Shown here: positions 1-8,691 of the stretch, piece by piece | Layout of the letters: each line of letters starts with the position of its first letter | Numbering within the stretch: position 1 is the first letter of the stretch | Origin: an archaeon | GTDB taxonomy: Archaea > Iainarchaeota > Iainarchaeia > Iainarchaeales > 1-14-0-10-31-34 | Reading direction: 5' to 3' | Assembly: GCA_024277355.1 (NCBI GenBank) | Contig: JAJRVL010000004.1 | Location: 240,001 to 272,000 of the forward strand | Length of the DNA: 32,000 nucleotides | Position numbers and translations under genes: made by a program | The notes under the pieces: generated by a model | What the model was told of the DNA's origin: nothing | Seen by the model: only the letters and a program-made list of their open reading frames with translations | Database searches by the model: none

Positions 1-6
1 TCGCTT

Positions 7-52
7 AAATCTTTGCAAGCAAAGATTTATCAAAACAAGAGATAAATCTCTT
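7..52 (-). terminator. Two adjacent hairpins downstream of the met operon (candidate terminator region)
   Basis: Inverted repeats AAATCTTTGC/GCAAAGATTT (7-28) and AAGAGA-TAAA-TCTCTT (37-52) lie 34-79 nt beyond the TAG stop at 86-88. On the minus strand the proximal hairpin is followed by GTTTTG. The stems are AT-rich, so the call is weak. Confidence 0.25.
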
Positions 53-85
53 ATGCTCAGTCCTGCTGTAAAAATAGATTAAATT

Positions 86-952
86 CTAATCATTGTTTAG
101 CTTTTCAGCTAACTCAACACAATAATCAAGATTATGCAGAAAAATTTCTTCTACATTTAAAGCAACAGGAACTGAAATATTATTTTCTTTATTAAAATCT
201 TTTATGTCAGTCCATACTTTTTTTGCAATTTCAATTGAATTTTTAACTGCATTATTTTCTTCTTTAAAAAAATTTTTTTCTGTTTCTTCAGGTATTTCTA
301 CTCCAAGCCATTTCATGAAATATAATTCTCTTGAATCAGAAACAGGACAAAAACTCAGGAAAACTTTTGCAGGAGTAATTTTATTTTCATTGCATAAATC
401 ATTATATTCAGCTAAAACTTTTTTTGTGTTAATTGATTCAAACAAAACCTGTGAAGTAAAAAAATCTGCTCCAGAAACAGTTTTATTAAACATTCTTTTT
501 GCTTCATTTTCCCTTGAAGGAATCATAATATTCCCGATTTTTATTCCTTTAATATTTTTTGCTTTGTTGTTTGCTTCATTTACTGTTAAACCTGAATAAG
601 AAATATGATCAAAATTTCCTCCGACAAAAACAAAATTATTAATCTTGAATTCATTAATACTTTTATTTATCCATAAATCAAATTCATTTATTCCTTTGCA
701 GTGAACTACAACCTTATTTTCAATTATTTTTTTTCCTGTTAAATCATTTAATTCTTTTCCAAATTCACAGGCACGAATGTTTCTGTAATAAGGTTTTCCT
801 AAACGGTTTTCGTCAATTATTTCAGGAATATTAATTAAATCAGGTTTCATTGAATTAACTGCAGTAACAATTTTTTCAAGAATTTTTTTTCGGTAATTAT
901 CAGAAGACAACGCACTAGGAGGAACGACTTCAAGCATTAATTCATCTTTCAA
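86..952 (-). CDS. Methylenetetrahydrofolate reductase (MetF/MTHFR)-like protein
   Basis: 288-aa ORF. LEVVPP near the N-terminus (cf. FEFFPP of MetF), VVVHCKG...FVFVGGN (cf. PHLTC...ALRGD) and GADFFTSQVLFE (cf. AITQFFFD). TTG start 4 nt after a GGTGAT SD. Last gene of a 3-gene operon with the two MetE-like genes; TAG stop. Confidence 0.6.
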   Translation of the reverse strand: MKDELMLEVVPPSALSSDNYRKKILEKIVTAVNSMKPDLINIPEIIDENRLGKPYYRNIRACEFGKELNDLTGKKIIENKVVVHCKGINEFDLWINKSINEFKINNFVFVGGNFDHISYSGLTVNEANNKAKNIKGIKIGNIMIPSRENEAKRMFNKTVSGADFFTSQVLFESINTKKVLAEYNDLCNENKITPAKVFLSFCPVSDSRELYFMKWLGVEIPEETEKNFFKEENNAVKNSIEIAKKVWTDIKDFNKENNISVPVALNVEEIFLHNLDYCVELAEKLNND

Positions 953-955
953 TTA

Positions 956-961
956 ATCACC
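956..961 (-). promoter_or_regulatory. Shine-Dalgarno-like GGTGAT for the MTHFR-like gene
   Basis: Minus strand reads TAG-GTGATTAAT-TTG. GGTGAT overlaps the upstream stop and sits 4 nt before the TTG start. The same (G/A)GTGAT motif recurs before other internal operon genes. Confidence 0.45.
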
Positions 962-2139
962 TATAATTCTTTTCTGGCTAATTCAGCTCCTTTAACCATA
1001 TTAACTAATTTTGGATAAGCTACATCCCATCTTCTTGTTCTTAAACCGCAGTCAGGATTTACCTGCACGTTTTCAGGATTATCCATTAAATTATTAATGA
1101 AAAGAATTCTATCTTTAATTATTTCAGGACTTTCAATTAAATCAGAATGAATATCAATTAATCCTGCTCCAATTTTAACATTCATTCCATATTCTTTAAA
1201 TAAATTAATTACTTTTAATGCTTCTTCATGAATTTGACTTGGATTAAATTCTTTTCCTGTTGAATGATTAGTGCATTCAATCAAATAACTATCAGCAGCA
1301 CTTTCTGCTAACTCAGGAAACAAAGAAGAATAATTACTGTAACATAAATGAACTGCTTTTTCAATGTTTCTTGGAACACCTTTAAATGATTCATTTATTC
1401 CTTCCACTACTAATTCAGCTTCATGCTGTTTGGTTGCAGCAGCAGGTTCATCAATCTGAATTACTTTAGCATTTTGATTGACGTATTGTTTTACAATTGG
1501 ATTTAAAACATTTCTTGCAAAATCAATTACAGCATTTTTTCTTGCTGTTTTTACTGCTTCAAGTTTGCTTCCATCTTTATTTTCTAATGATTTAGCATAA
1601 AACTCAACATAACTCCAGTCAGTCATAGTATAAGGGCCAGTAAGACAAGGCTTAATTTCTTTTTCAGTGTATTTTTTTACGAAATCAAATTCTTCTTTAA
1701 ACCATTCAACACCAGAATCAGTAATTGAAATTTTATTTTCTAAAATTCCTTTCCTGAAATAATTTGCATCAAAAGAATTCACAAAACCTGCTGTTTTAAT
1801 TCCTTTAGTTTTTTTTGCAAGCATATCATACATTTCAGTTCTAGGCTGTTCGCCGTTAAAAACTCTGTCTAAACCTGCTGACTCAAACATTTTAATTACA
1901 TAAATAGAAGAAATATCAATTATTCTTTGTTTTTCTTCTTCAGTTCTTTTAATTCCATTTTTTTGTAAAAGCCCTGTGCCTTTTTCATTAGCTAATTCAA
2001 ATCTTTCCTCTACTCCAAATTTTTCTCCCCAAGTTAATGCATCTTTAATCCAAACATCATTCTTTTCTGCATTAAGCTTCTGCCTCCAAATAGGCCTTTG
2101 AATGCTTCCAATTTCCTGAGTAATAAAAACTTTATTCAT
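961..2139 (-). CDS. metE: Cobalamin-independent methionine synthase, catalytic MetE C-terminal-type domain protein
   Basis: 392-aa ORF with IQIDEPA, HLCYSNY (His-x-Cys zinc ligands), LIECTNH and NPDCGLRTR (Cys ligand), all typical of the MetE/UROD-like catalytic barrel. Starts 1 nt after the upstream gene stop. Confidence 0.8.
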   Translation of the reverse strand: MNKVFITQEIGSIQRPIWRQKLNAEKNDVWIKDALTWGEKFGVEERFELANEKGTGLLQKNGIKRTEEEKQRIIDISSIYVIKMFESAGLDRVFNGEQPRTEMYDMLAKKTKGIKTAGFVNSFDANYFRKGILENKISITDSGVEWFKEEFDFVKKYTEKEIKPCLTGPYTMTDWSYVEFYAKSLENKDGSKLEAVKTARKNAVIDFARNVLNPIVKQYVNQNAKVIQIDEPAAATKQHEAELVVEGINESFKGVPRNIEKAVHLCYSNYSSLFPELAESAADSYLIECTNHSTGKEFNPSQIHEEALKVINLFKEYGMNVKIGAGLIDIHSDLIESPEIIKDRILFINNLMDNPENVQVNPDCGLRTRRWDVAYPKLVNMVKGAELARKEL

Positions 2140-2140
2140 T

Positions 2141-3100
2141 TTAATCTAACTCCTCTGAAACTTCAGAAAGAACCCTGATTTTCTGAAGGCCTTGTTCAAA
2201 AGGAACATCAAACAACCTGTCATTAACTCCAATAAAATAATTTCCTGAAAAAACTGCTTTACTTTTAAAATCTTTAACTGTGTTTTTTATTTGTTCTTTT
2301 GATTCAATTCCAATTCTTGAACCATCAACAGCCCCAATCAAAACATCTTTTGAAGTTTTAATATTAGAAAAATCAGAATAAACAGAATCAATTCCCAAAA
2401 AATCATAATTTGAATCATCAAATAAATTAATGAATTTTGATGCATCAGCTAAAGGAAAATTTACTCCAACAGTAAAACCTTTTTCTTTTATTGATTCAGC
2501 AAAATTTTTTACAATCAAAGATTTATCAAAATTATTTTTTAATAAATCAAAACCAAAAGAAGGCTCAGAAAAAATAATTGAAGTATAACCTTTTTCTTTT
2601 AAAGAAGCAATATTATCAGATAAAGCTTTAGCATAATCTAAAACCATTTCTTTTTTATCTGTATAAAAAGAATTCTGGGTTAAACGAATAAAAGAATAAC
2701 TTCCTAATAAAAAAACAATTCCTTTTTCTACTTCAGGAAGATTTTCAGCCAATTCATTTCCATTAGAAGAAATTTTTTCAGTAATAGCCGGTTTCCTGAA
2801 AAAAGTATTAGTTGAATACCATCTTGTTACAGGCCCAACAGAATCTTCTCCTTTAGATTTTCTTTTTTCAAATCCATTAAAAGAATAAGCTAAAGGCCTT
2901 AACAAATCAAGCCAGTCTAACTGGCCTCCTGAAACAAAAGCAAAATTTTTTTGTGCTTTAATTATTTCAGCTGAATCTTTTTTAACTAACTCTAAAAAAT
3001 TTTCTTTAGTTGAATGCCCGTCCCTGAATAATCTGTGTTCCTGAATTGTTTTAGGACTCCTTGAAACCGTGCCTGTTAGAACTGCTCCCTTAAAACTCAT
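2141..3100 (-). CDS. MetE N-terminal-domain-like protein (separate polypeptide, no zinc ligands)
   Basis: 319-aa ORF. GGQLDWLDLL and VTRWYSTNTFFRKP resemble the MetE N-domain (cf. TKWFDTNYHYIVPE). It lacks the HxC/DCG zinc motifs. First gene of the operon. Confidence 0.6.
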   Translation of the reverse strand: MSFKGAVLTGTVSRSPKTIQEHRLFRDGHSTKENFLELVKKDSAEIIKAQKNFAFVSGGQLDWLDLLRPLAYSFNGFEKRKSKGEDSVGPVTRWYSTNTFFRKPAITEKISSNGNELAENLPEVEKGIVFLLGSYSFIRLTQNSFYTDKKEMVLDYAKALSDNIASLKEKGYTSIIFSEPSFGFDLLKNNFDKSLIVKNFAESIKEKGFTVGVNFPLADASKFINLFDDSNYDFLGIDSVYSDFSNIKTSKDVLIGAVDGSRIGIESKEQIKNTVKDFKSKAVFSGNYFIGVNDRLFDVPFEQGLQKIRVLSEVSEELD

Positions 3101-3150
3101 TTTATTACCTCAAAAAAGAAAAATAATCCCAAAAACCTTATTAAAGTTAG

Positions 3151-3170
3151 TTTATTCTTTAAAGAATAAA
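3151..3170. promoter_or_regulatory. Perfect 20-bp palindrome TTTATTCTTTAAAGAATAAA centred on a TTTAAA TATA-like core
   Basis: Seen directly. It lies in the 189-nt divergent region between the met operon (ATG 3100) and the GT2 gene (ATG 3290), about 55 nt upstream of the met operon start. Confidence 0.3.
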
Positions 3171-3289
3171 ATCTTCATATTTTATTCAAATATTTCTTTT
3201 TTTTGCCTGAAAAAATTGCAGGTTAACTGCCGAAACAATTTTATTCCAGTTCTGCTTTATTTATTCACCGTTAAAAAGAAGGATTAGTT

Positions 3290-3994
3290 ATGGATGTGTC
3301 AGTTATTGTTTGCACTTTAAATGAAGAAAAAAGAATAGGCAAATGCATTAAGTCAATTCAAAAACAAAAATTCAACGGAAGCTATGAAATAATTATTGCA
3401 GACGGAAACAGCGAAGACAAAACAGTTGAAATAGCAAAAAGTTTAGGTGCTAAAACAATAATAGAAAAAATAAGAATAATTGCAGCAGAAAGAAATGCAG
3501 GAGCAAAAATCGCAGACGGAAAATATTTGCTGTTTACTGATGCAGACGCAGAAGTTTCAGAAAACTGGATTCAGGAAAACTTTAATTTATTTGAAAAAGA
3601 AAAAAAAATAATAGGACAGTATGGAAATGTTTTTTTCTCTGATGTAAAAGAATCAGAAAAAAAATTAACTAAATTTACAATGCCTTTGTTTATGGGTTTA
3701 ACCGGATTAATTGTAATGCATAATCCAATTGGTTCAAATATTGCAGTGAGAAAAGAATTCTTTGAAAAAATAAAAGGATTTGATACAACTTATATTACTT
3801 GCGAGGACTTAGATTTATTCCGAAGACTGAAAAAAACCGGAAAAATTAAATGGAATCCAAAAAGCATTGTTGAAGTTTCAGCAAGAAGAGTCAAAGCATG
3901 GGGTTATCTTTACTTTACTTTATTTCACTTAAAAAACGCATTTAATTTTTATTTTTTCAATAAAGCAAGCAGAAAATACGAAAACATTCGATGA
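3290..3994 (+). CDS. Family 2 glycosyltransferase
   Basis: 234-aa ORF. N-terminal VSVIVCTLNEEKRIGKCIKSI, ADGNSEDKT and DADAEV (DxD) are typical GT-A/GT2 motifs. TGA stop. Confidence 0.8.
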   Translation: MDVSVIVCTLNEEKRIGKCIKSIQKQKFNGSYEIIIADGNSEDKTVEIAKSLGAKTIIEKIRIIAAERNAGAKIADGKYLLFTDADAEVSENWIQENFNLFEKEKKIIGQYGNVFFSDVKESEKKLTKFTMPLFMGLTGLIVMHNPIGSNIAVRKEFFEKIKGFDTTYITCEDLDLFRRLKKTGKIKWNPKSIVEVSARRVKAWGYLYFTLFHLKNAFNFYFFNKASRKYENIR

Positions 3995-3999
3995 AAAAA

Positions 4000-4848
4000 T
4001 TAAATTGAAATAATTATAATTCCTGCAAGCATAAGCAGAACACTTAATAATTCTTTTTTATTTAATTTTTCCTTTAAAAAAACAAAAGCAAGCAAAATAG
4101 AAAAAATAGGAGAAGCTGATTTAATTGGAGTTATAAGAGAAACAGGAGAAACCGAGATTGCTTTAAGAAATGCAAGAAAACCAACTACATTAAGCAGACC
4201 TATAAAAAAAATGTAAACAATAGTTTTCTTAAAGTTTTTAAGTTTATTTTTGCTTTCAAAAAGTTTAGGCAAAAAAATTATTGCTGTAAAAAAGCTTACA
4301 CTCCATGCAATAGTAAAAGGATTAAAAATTTCAGCAGGAATTTTAAGGAAAAAATAATAAAAGCCAAAAGCAATCATTGAAGCAAAAGGAAACCATTGAC
4401 TTAAATTAAACTGTTTTGCTGAAACAGAATCTGAAACAAGCAAAATAATTCCTGTTACAATTATAACTATTGCAAGATACTGAGAAGGTTTAAGGATTTC
4501 AGAATAAAAAATCATACTTAAAATTACTGTAATTATAACTGAACTGTAAATCAAAGGAATTGAAATAGAAAGCTCCCTTAATGAAAGAGACTTATAAAAA
4601 AAATACATTCCAATAAAATTTACAATACTTACTCCTATAACAAAAAAATATTCAGGAATAAAAATAGACTCAAGATTTCCTGTAAACAAGGCAGCTGCAA
4701 AAGCAATTAATGCAGAAAAAAATTCTGATAAAATAAAAACAGGCCATACCGAAACTTTGTTATTTAAAACATTCTTTGAAATAAAATCTGAAAATCCCCA
4801 GGTAACTAAAGTTAATATTCCTAAAAAAATTCCAAGCTGAAATTCCAT
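4000..4848 (-). CDS. EamA/DMT-superfamily transporter
   Basis: 282-aa ORF, highly hydrophobic, about 10 TM helices in two similar halves. Typical size and architecture for an EamA-type permease. Confidence 0.65.
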   Translation of the reverse strand: MEFQLGIFLGILTLVTWGFSDFISKNVLNNKVSVWPVFILSEFFSALIAFAAALFTGNLESIFIPEYFFVIGVSIVNFIGMYFFYKSLSLRELSISIPLIYSSVIITVILSMIFYSEILKPSQYLAIVIIVTGIILLVSDSVSAKQFNLSQWFPFASMIAFGFYYFFLKIPAEIFNPFTIAWSVSFFTAIIFLPKLFESKNKLKNFKKTIVYIFFIGLLNVVGFLAFLKAISVSPVSLITPIKSASPIFSILLAFVFLKEKLNKKELLSVLLMLAGIIIISI

Positions 4849-4870
4849 TAAAAACTATAAATTAAACTAA

Positions 4871-4878
4871 TATTTAAT
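4871..4878 (-). promoter_or_regulatory. TATA-like box (ATTAAATA) for the DMT transporter gene, leaderless geometry
   Basis: On the minus strand ATTAAATA ends 22 nt before the ATG at 4848. Confidence 0.35.
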
Positions 4879-4900
4879 ACCAATTAGCAAACAGAAATCA

Positions 4901-4908
4901 TTTAAAGA
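4901..4908 (+). promoter_or_regulatory. TATA-like box (TTTAAAGA) for the GT4 gene, leaderless geometry
   Basis: Box centre is about 26 nt upstream of ATG 4930. Confidence 0.4.
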
Positions 4909-4929
4909 ACTTAAATCTAGAATTATTCC

Positions 4930-6048
4930 ATGAAAATAGCTTTTTTTACTGACTCTTACTGGCCGCAAATAGACGGAGTAGTAATTTCAATAGATAATTA
5001 TGCAAGAGAACTCCAAAAAAAAGGCCACGAAATAATGATTTTTGCACCAAAACCAAAAGAAAAAACAAAAACAGAATTCCCTGTATTCTGGATTCCAAGT
5101 TTTTCTTTACCAACATATAAAGAATACCGAATCAGTTCATTTTTTTCATTAGAAGCAGAAAAAAAAATAAAAGAATTTAATCCAGATATAATCCATATGC
5201 ATACTCCTTTTTCTGTCGGCTGGATTGGATTAAATTTAGCAAAAAAATTCAGAAAAAAAAGTGTCGGAACCTACCACACTTATCTTCCGGATTTTATGAT
5301 GTATTTGCCGTTGCCTTTAATTAAAAAAACAGATTTAGTAAAAAAAGGAATCTGGTTTTATTCAAGGTTATTTTACAATAAATGCGATTTAGTTACAACA
5401 CCAACAAAAAAAACTTTAGAAGAACTTGAATCCCATAAAATAAAAAAAGGAATTGTACTTCCAAATGGAATAGACTTTAAATTATTCAATTCATTTAAAT
5501 GCAGTAAAAACTTAAAGAAAAAAAAATTAGTTTATTTTGGAAGACTTTCATTTGAAAAAAACATTAAAGTTTTAATTGAAATTTTATCTTTACTTGAAAA
5601 CGCTGAATTAACAATAATTGGTTCAGGACCAGCAGAAAAAAAACTAAAAGAAACAGTGAAAGAAAAAAAATTAACAGAAAAAGTTTTTTTTACCGGAGCT
5701 TTAATTGGAAAAAAACTGGCAGAAAAAGTTTCAAAATCAAATGTTTTTGTTTCAGCTGCAACAATGGAAACACAAGGATTAACTTTAATTGAAGCAATGT
5801 CAACCGGAATGCCTTGTATTGGAGCAGACAAAATGGCTATTCCTGAAACAATCAAAGAAGAATTTAATGGATTTTTGTTTGAACCGTTTAATGCAAAACA
5901 AGCAGCAGAAAAAATCAATAAATTATTTTCAAATAAAAAATTATATGAAAAACTTTCAGTTAATGCAGTTAAAACAGCAGGAAAAAAGTCAAGAGAAAAA
6001 ATGGCATTAAAACTGGAAAAACTTTATTTTAAGCTTTTAAAAGAATAA
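4930..6048 (+). CDS. Family 4 (GT-B) glycosyltransferase
   Basis: 372-aa ORF. N-terminal MKIAFFTDSYWPQIDGV and C-terminal ETQGLTLIEAMSTGMP (E-x7-E region). Confidence 0.8.
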   Translation: MKIAFFTDSYWPQIDGVVISIDNYARELQKKGHEIMIFAPKPKEKTKTEFPVFWIPSFSLPTYKEYRISSFFSLEAEKKIKEFNPDIIHMHTPFSVGWIGLNLAKKFRKKSVGTYHTYLPDFMMYLPLPLIKKTDLVKKGIWFYSRLFYNKCDLVTTPTKKTLEELESHKIKKGIVLPNGIDFKLFNSFKCSKNLKKKKLVYFGRLSFEKNIKVLIEILSLLENAELTIIGSGPAEKKLKETVKEKKLTEKVFFTGALIGKKLAEKVSKSNVFVSAATMETQGLTLIEAMSTGMPCIGADKMAIPETIKEEFNGFLFEPFNAKQAAEKINKLFSNKKLYEKLSVNAVKTAGKKSREKMALKLEKLYFKLLKE

Positions 6049-6059
6049 ATCTAAAACAA

Positions 6060-6067
6060 TTATATTA
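6060..6067 (+). promoter_or_regulatory. TATA-like box (TTATATTA) upstream of proS
   Basis: Box centre is about 29 nt upstream of ATG 6093, with no SD between them, which is consistent with a leaderless transcript. Confidence 0.35.
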
Positions 6068-6092
6068 AATAATTTAAGGCAGATGTTTCATT

Positions 6093-7556
6093 ATGACAAA
6101 AGGAAAAGTTACATTTAATATTAATAAAACAAAAAATTTCTCTGAATGGTATACAGAAATAGTCAAAAAAGCAGAATTAGGAGACTTAAGGTATAATGTA
6201 AAAGGATTTGTTATTTTTCAGCCTTGGTCTGTTTTATCAATGGAAAAAATGTATGATTATTTTGAAGAATCACTTCAACTAAAAGGCCATAAACCTTATT
6301 GGTATCCTGCAGTTATTCCTGAAAAAAACTTTTTAATGGAAAAAAACCATGTTAAAGGTTTTGCACCGCAGGTATTTTGGATTACAGAAACAGGCGCAGG
6401 AGAAAAATTAGAATAAAGATTAGCTTTAAGACCTACATCTGAAACTGCTTTTTATCAGATGTTTTCTTTATGGATTCGTTCATATAAAGACCTTCCATTT
6501 AAAACTTACCAAAGAGCACAAGTATTTAGATATGAAACTAAAGCCACAAGACCTTTTTTAAGAAGCAGAGAATTCCACTGGATTGAAACACATAATGCTT
6601 TTGATTCAAAAGAAAATGCATTTAAGCAGGCAGAAGAAGACATGGAAACAACAAAAGAAGTTTTATTAGAAATTTTTGGCATCCCATTTATTTTCTTTGA
6701 AAGACCGCAATGGGATAAATTCCCTGGAGCAGAATCAACTTTTGCTGCAGATACCTTGATGCCTGACGGAAAAATAATTCAACTTCCTTCAACACATATA
6801 ATATCACAAAATTTTACTAAAGCATTTAATGTAAAATTCACTGATGAAAAAGGAAAAGAAAATTTCTGCTGGACTACTTGTTATGGTCCTGCAATAAGCA
6901 GAATTTTTGCAGCAATGATTTCAATTCACGGAGACGAAAAAGGATTAATTTTTCCTTTTCCTGTTGCACCAGTAAAAGCAGTAATTATACCAATATTTAA
7001 TGAAAAAAACAAGGAAAAAGTTTTGAAGGAAACAGAAGAAATAAAGAAAAAACTAATTAAAGAAAAAATCAGAACAGAAATTGATTTAACTGACAAAAAT
7101 ATGGGAGAAAAATTTTATTTCTGGGAAATGAAAGGAGTTCCATTTAGAATAGATTTAGGTAAAAAAGAACTCAAAGAAAAAAAAGCAACAGTTTTTATCA
7201 GACATTCAGGGAAAAAAACAAAAGAAAAAATTTCTAATTTAAATGAATTTATTTTAAAAGAAGGAAAAAAACAATTAGTTGAACTAAAAGAAAAATCAGA
7301 AAACTTTTTTATGAATTCAGTAAGCGAAGTGCATTCAATTGAAGAAGCAAAAAAACAAATAGAAAAAGGAAGAATTGTAAAAACTGAATTCTGTTCTGTT
7401 TTAATGACAGGTTATTCTTGTGCAGAAAAAATAGAAAAACAATTAAATGCAAGTGTAAGAGGAACAAAATTAAATGAAAAAGAAAAACCTAAAGGAAAAT
7501 GCATTGTCTGCGGAAAAAAAGCAGAAAAAATCGTTTATATTGCAAAATCTTATTAA
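6093..7556 (+). CDS. proS: Prolyl-tRNA synthetase, archaeal/eukaryal type, interrupted by one in-frame TAA (6414-6416)
   Basis: ORFs 6093-6416 and 6459-7556 are in the same frame. The full in-frame reading is [37 protein letters not shown]...FRYETK. N-terminal FSEWYTEIVKKAEL, a C-terminal Cys-rich zinc domain, and a terminal Tyr (IAKSY-TAA). Confidence 0.9.
6414..6416 (+). other. In-frame TAA inside proS
   Basis: gaa TAA aga tta gct tta aga cct aca tct gaa. The conserved RPTSE motif follows in frame. Confidence 0.95.
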
Positions 7557-7567
7557 CTTAAAAACTT

Positions 7568-7575
7568 TTTATATA
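7568..7575 (+). promoter_or_regulatory. TATA box (TTTATATA), with a second copy at 7585-7592
   Basis: Two TTTATATA octamers lie 47 and 30 nt upstream of ATG 7615. A tandem AGTGATT-AGTGATT (7599-7612) SD-like element follows. Confidence 0.4.
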
Positions 7576-7605
7576 TGATTCTGTTTTATATAACGGAAAG
7601 TGATT

Positions 7606-7611
7606 AGTGAT
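7606..7611 (+). promoter_or_regulatory. Shine-Dalgarno-like AGTGAT
   Basis: AGTGAT lies 3 nt upstream of ATG 7615. Confidence 0.4.
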
Positions 7612-7614
7612 TAA

Positions 7615-8691
7615 ATGGCTTTAATTGAAGAAATAAATTCTCTTGTAACTTCAGACAAAGATGTCAAAGAAAGAAAAAAAGAATTAAACAAACTAAAGAA
7701 AAAAGAAGAAAAAACTGAAAACCAAACAAAAAAAGCAAAGAAAGAAGACAAAAAAGAACCATTAAACAAAAAATCATTAATGCAGAAGTTAAGAGAAGAA
7801 CTTGATGATGTTAAAGGAAAAGAACTGGAAAAAAAAGATATTTCTGGATTAATAATAGAAGAAAAAGAACCAGAACATTTATGGCTTAAAAAAGAAAAAG
7901 GAACTGAAAAAACTGAAGACTCAAAAAAACATAAAACTCTTTTCAGAGAAGGACACTGGCATAAAACAGAAAAACAAAAAAAAGAAAACAAAGTAAGTGA
8001 ATTAAATTTAAAAATAGAAGAAAAAAACCTGCATCCGGAAGAACCAGAAGAAAAAACACAAATAATAGAAATGCTGAAAAAAACTGCTTCAGACTATAAA
8101 AAAATAAATAAACTTCCTTCTATTCCTGAAAAAAAAATAATGAAAAAAGGAGTTTCAGAAAAAGTACTAATTGAAAAAAAAGTTCCTGTAAAAACAAAAC
8201 CTTTTGTAGAAGATGAATTAATTCAGGGACTTTTACTTGAAACCCCGAAAAAAAGGAAAAAAGTTGAAGAACCAAAACCAAAAGAAAAAAATATTGTTTT
8301 TCAGGAAATTGAAGAACAAGAAGAAGAAAAACCAAAAAACTTTTTTCCTGCAGAACCGCAAAGAATGAAAGAACTTGAAGGAATTATTCCTTCAAAAAAT
8401 AAAAAACAAAAAGAAGAAACAAAAGAAGAAAATTTTACTATTGCACAGCAATTAGGGAATATTACTGGTTTTTTCACTAAAGGAATAGTTAAAAAAATGG
8501 GAGTAAAACAAGTAAATAAAAATGCTTTTGAAGGATTAACCAAAGAAGAACAAAAGAAAATAAAAAAACTTGCTTCTTCTCTGGAAGTATCAGTAAAAAA
8601 ATACACTAAAGAAGAAATAATTGAAGCAATGGAATTAGAAGGGCACACAGAAAAAATAATTAAGGCAGTAATCTCCTTGCTTTATGATTAA
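7615..8691 (+). CDS. Lys/Glu-rich low-complexity protein of unknown function
   Basis: 358-aa ORF, mostly K/E/P-rich charged sequence, with a more ordinary about 60-aa C-terminal segment (FEGLTKEEQKKIKKLASSLEVSVKKYTKEEIIEAMELEGH). It has its own TATA and SD. TAA stop. Confidence 0.55.
   Translation: MALIEEINSLVTSDKDVKERKKELNKLKKKEEKTENQTKKAKKEDKKEPLNKKSLMQKLREELDDVKGKELEKKDISGLIIEEKEPEHLWLKKEKGTEKTEDSKKHKTLFREGHWHKTEKQKKENKVSELNLKIEEKNLHPEEPEEKTQIIEMLKKTASDYKKINKLPSIPEKKIMKKGVSEKVLIEKKVPVKTKPFVEDELIQGLLLETPKKRKKVEEPKPKEKNIVFQEIEEQEEEKPKNFFPAEPQRMKELEGIIPSKNKKQKEETKEENFTIAQQLGNITGFFTKGIVKKMGVKQVNKNAFEGLTKEEQKKIKKLASSLEVSVKKYTKEEIIEAMELEGHTEKIIKAVISLLYD

Noticed and set aside
204-599. 131-aa plus-strand ORF antisense to the MTHFR-like gene
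   Set aside because: This is a shadow ORF. Its F/S/L-rich composition is typical of the complement of an A-rich (AAA/GAA-rich) coding strand, it has no motifs, and it is fully nested in a motif-supported gene.
3069-3287. 72-aa ORF spanning the met/GT2 divergent intergenic region
   Set aside because: It starts inside the MetE N-like gene on the opposite strand and runs through promoter-like AT-rich DNA. Its composition is low-complexity and it has no SD or TATA at a suitable distance.
6093-7556. Natural split gene (two-subunit ProRS, as seen for some split genes in nanoarchaea)
   Set aside because: Both parts are in the same frame, separated by a single codon. The conserved RLALRPTSE segment lies between the stop and the next ATG, so independent translation of the second part would lose an essential motif.
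7611-8648. Minus-strand ORFs 7611-7991, 8120-8335 and 8301-8648
   Set aside because: They are antisense shadows of the K/E-rich gene. The complement of poly-AAA/GAA gives stop-free poly-F/S/L frames.
8688-8691. Convergent genes sharing a TTAA so that both stop codons overlap
   Set aside because: This is real but trivial. TTAA is the palindromic overlap of two TAA stops in a compact genome.
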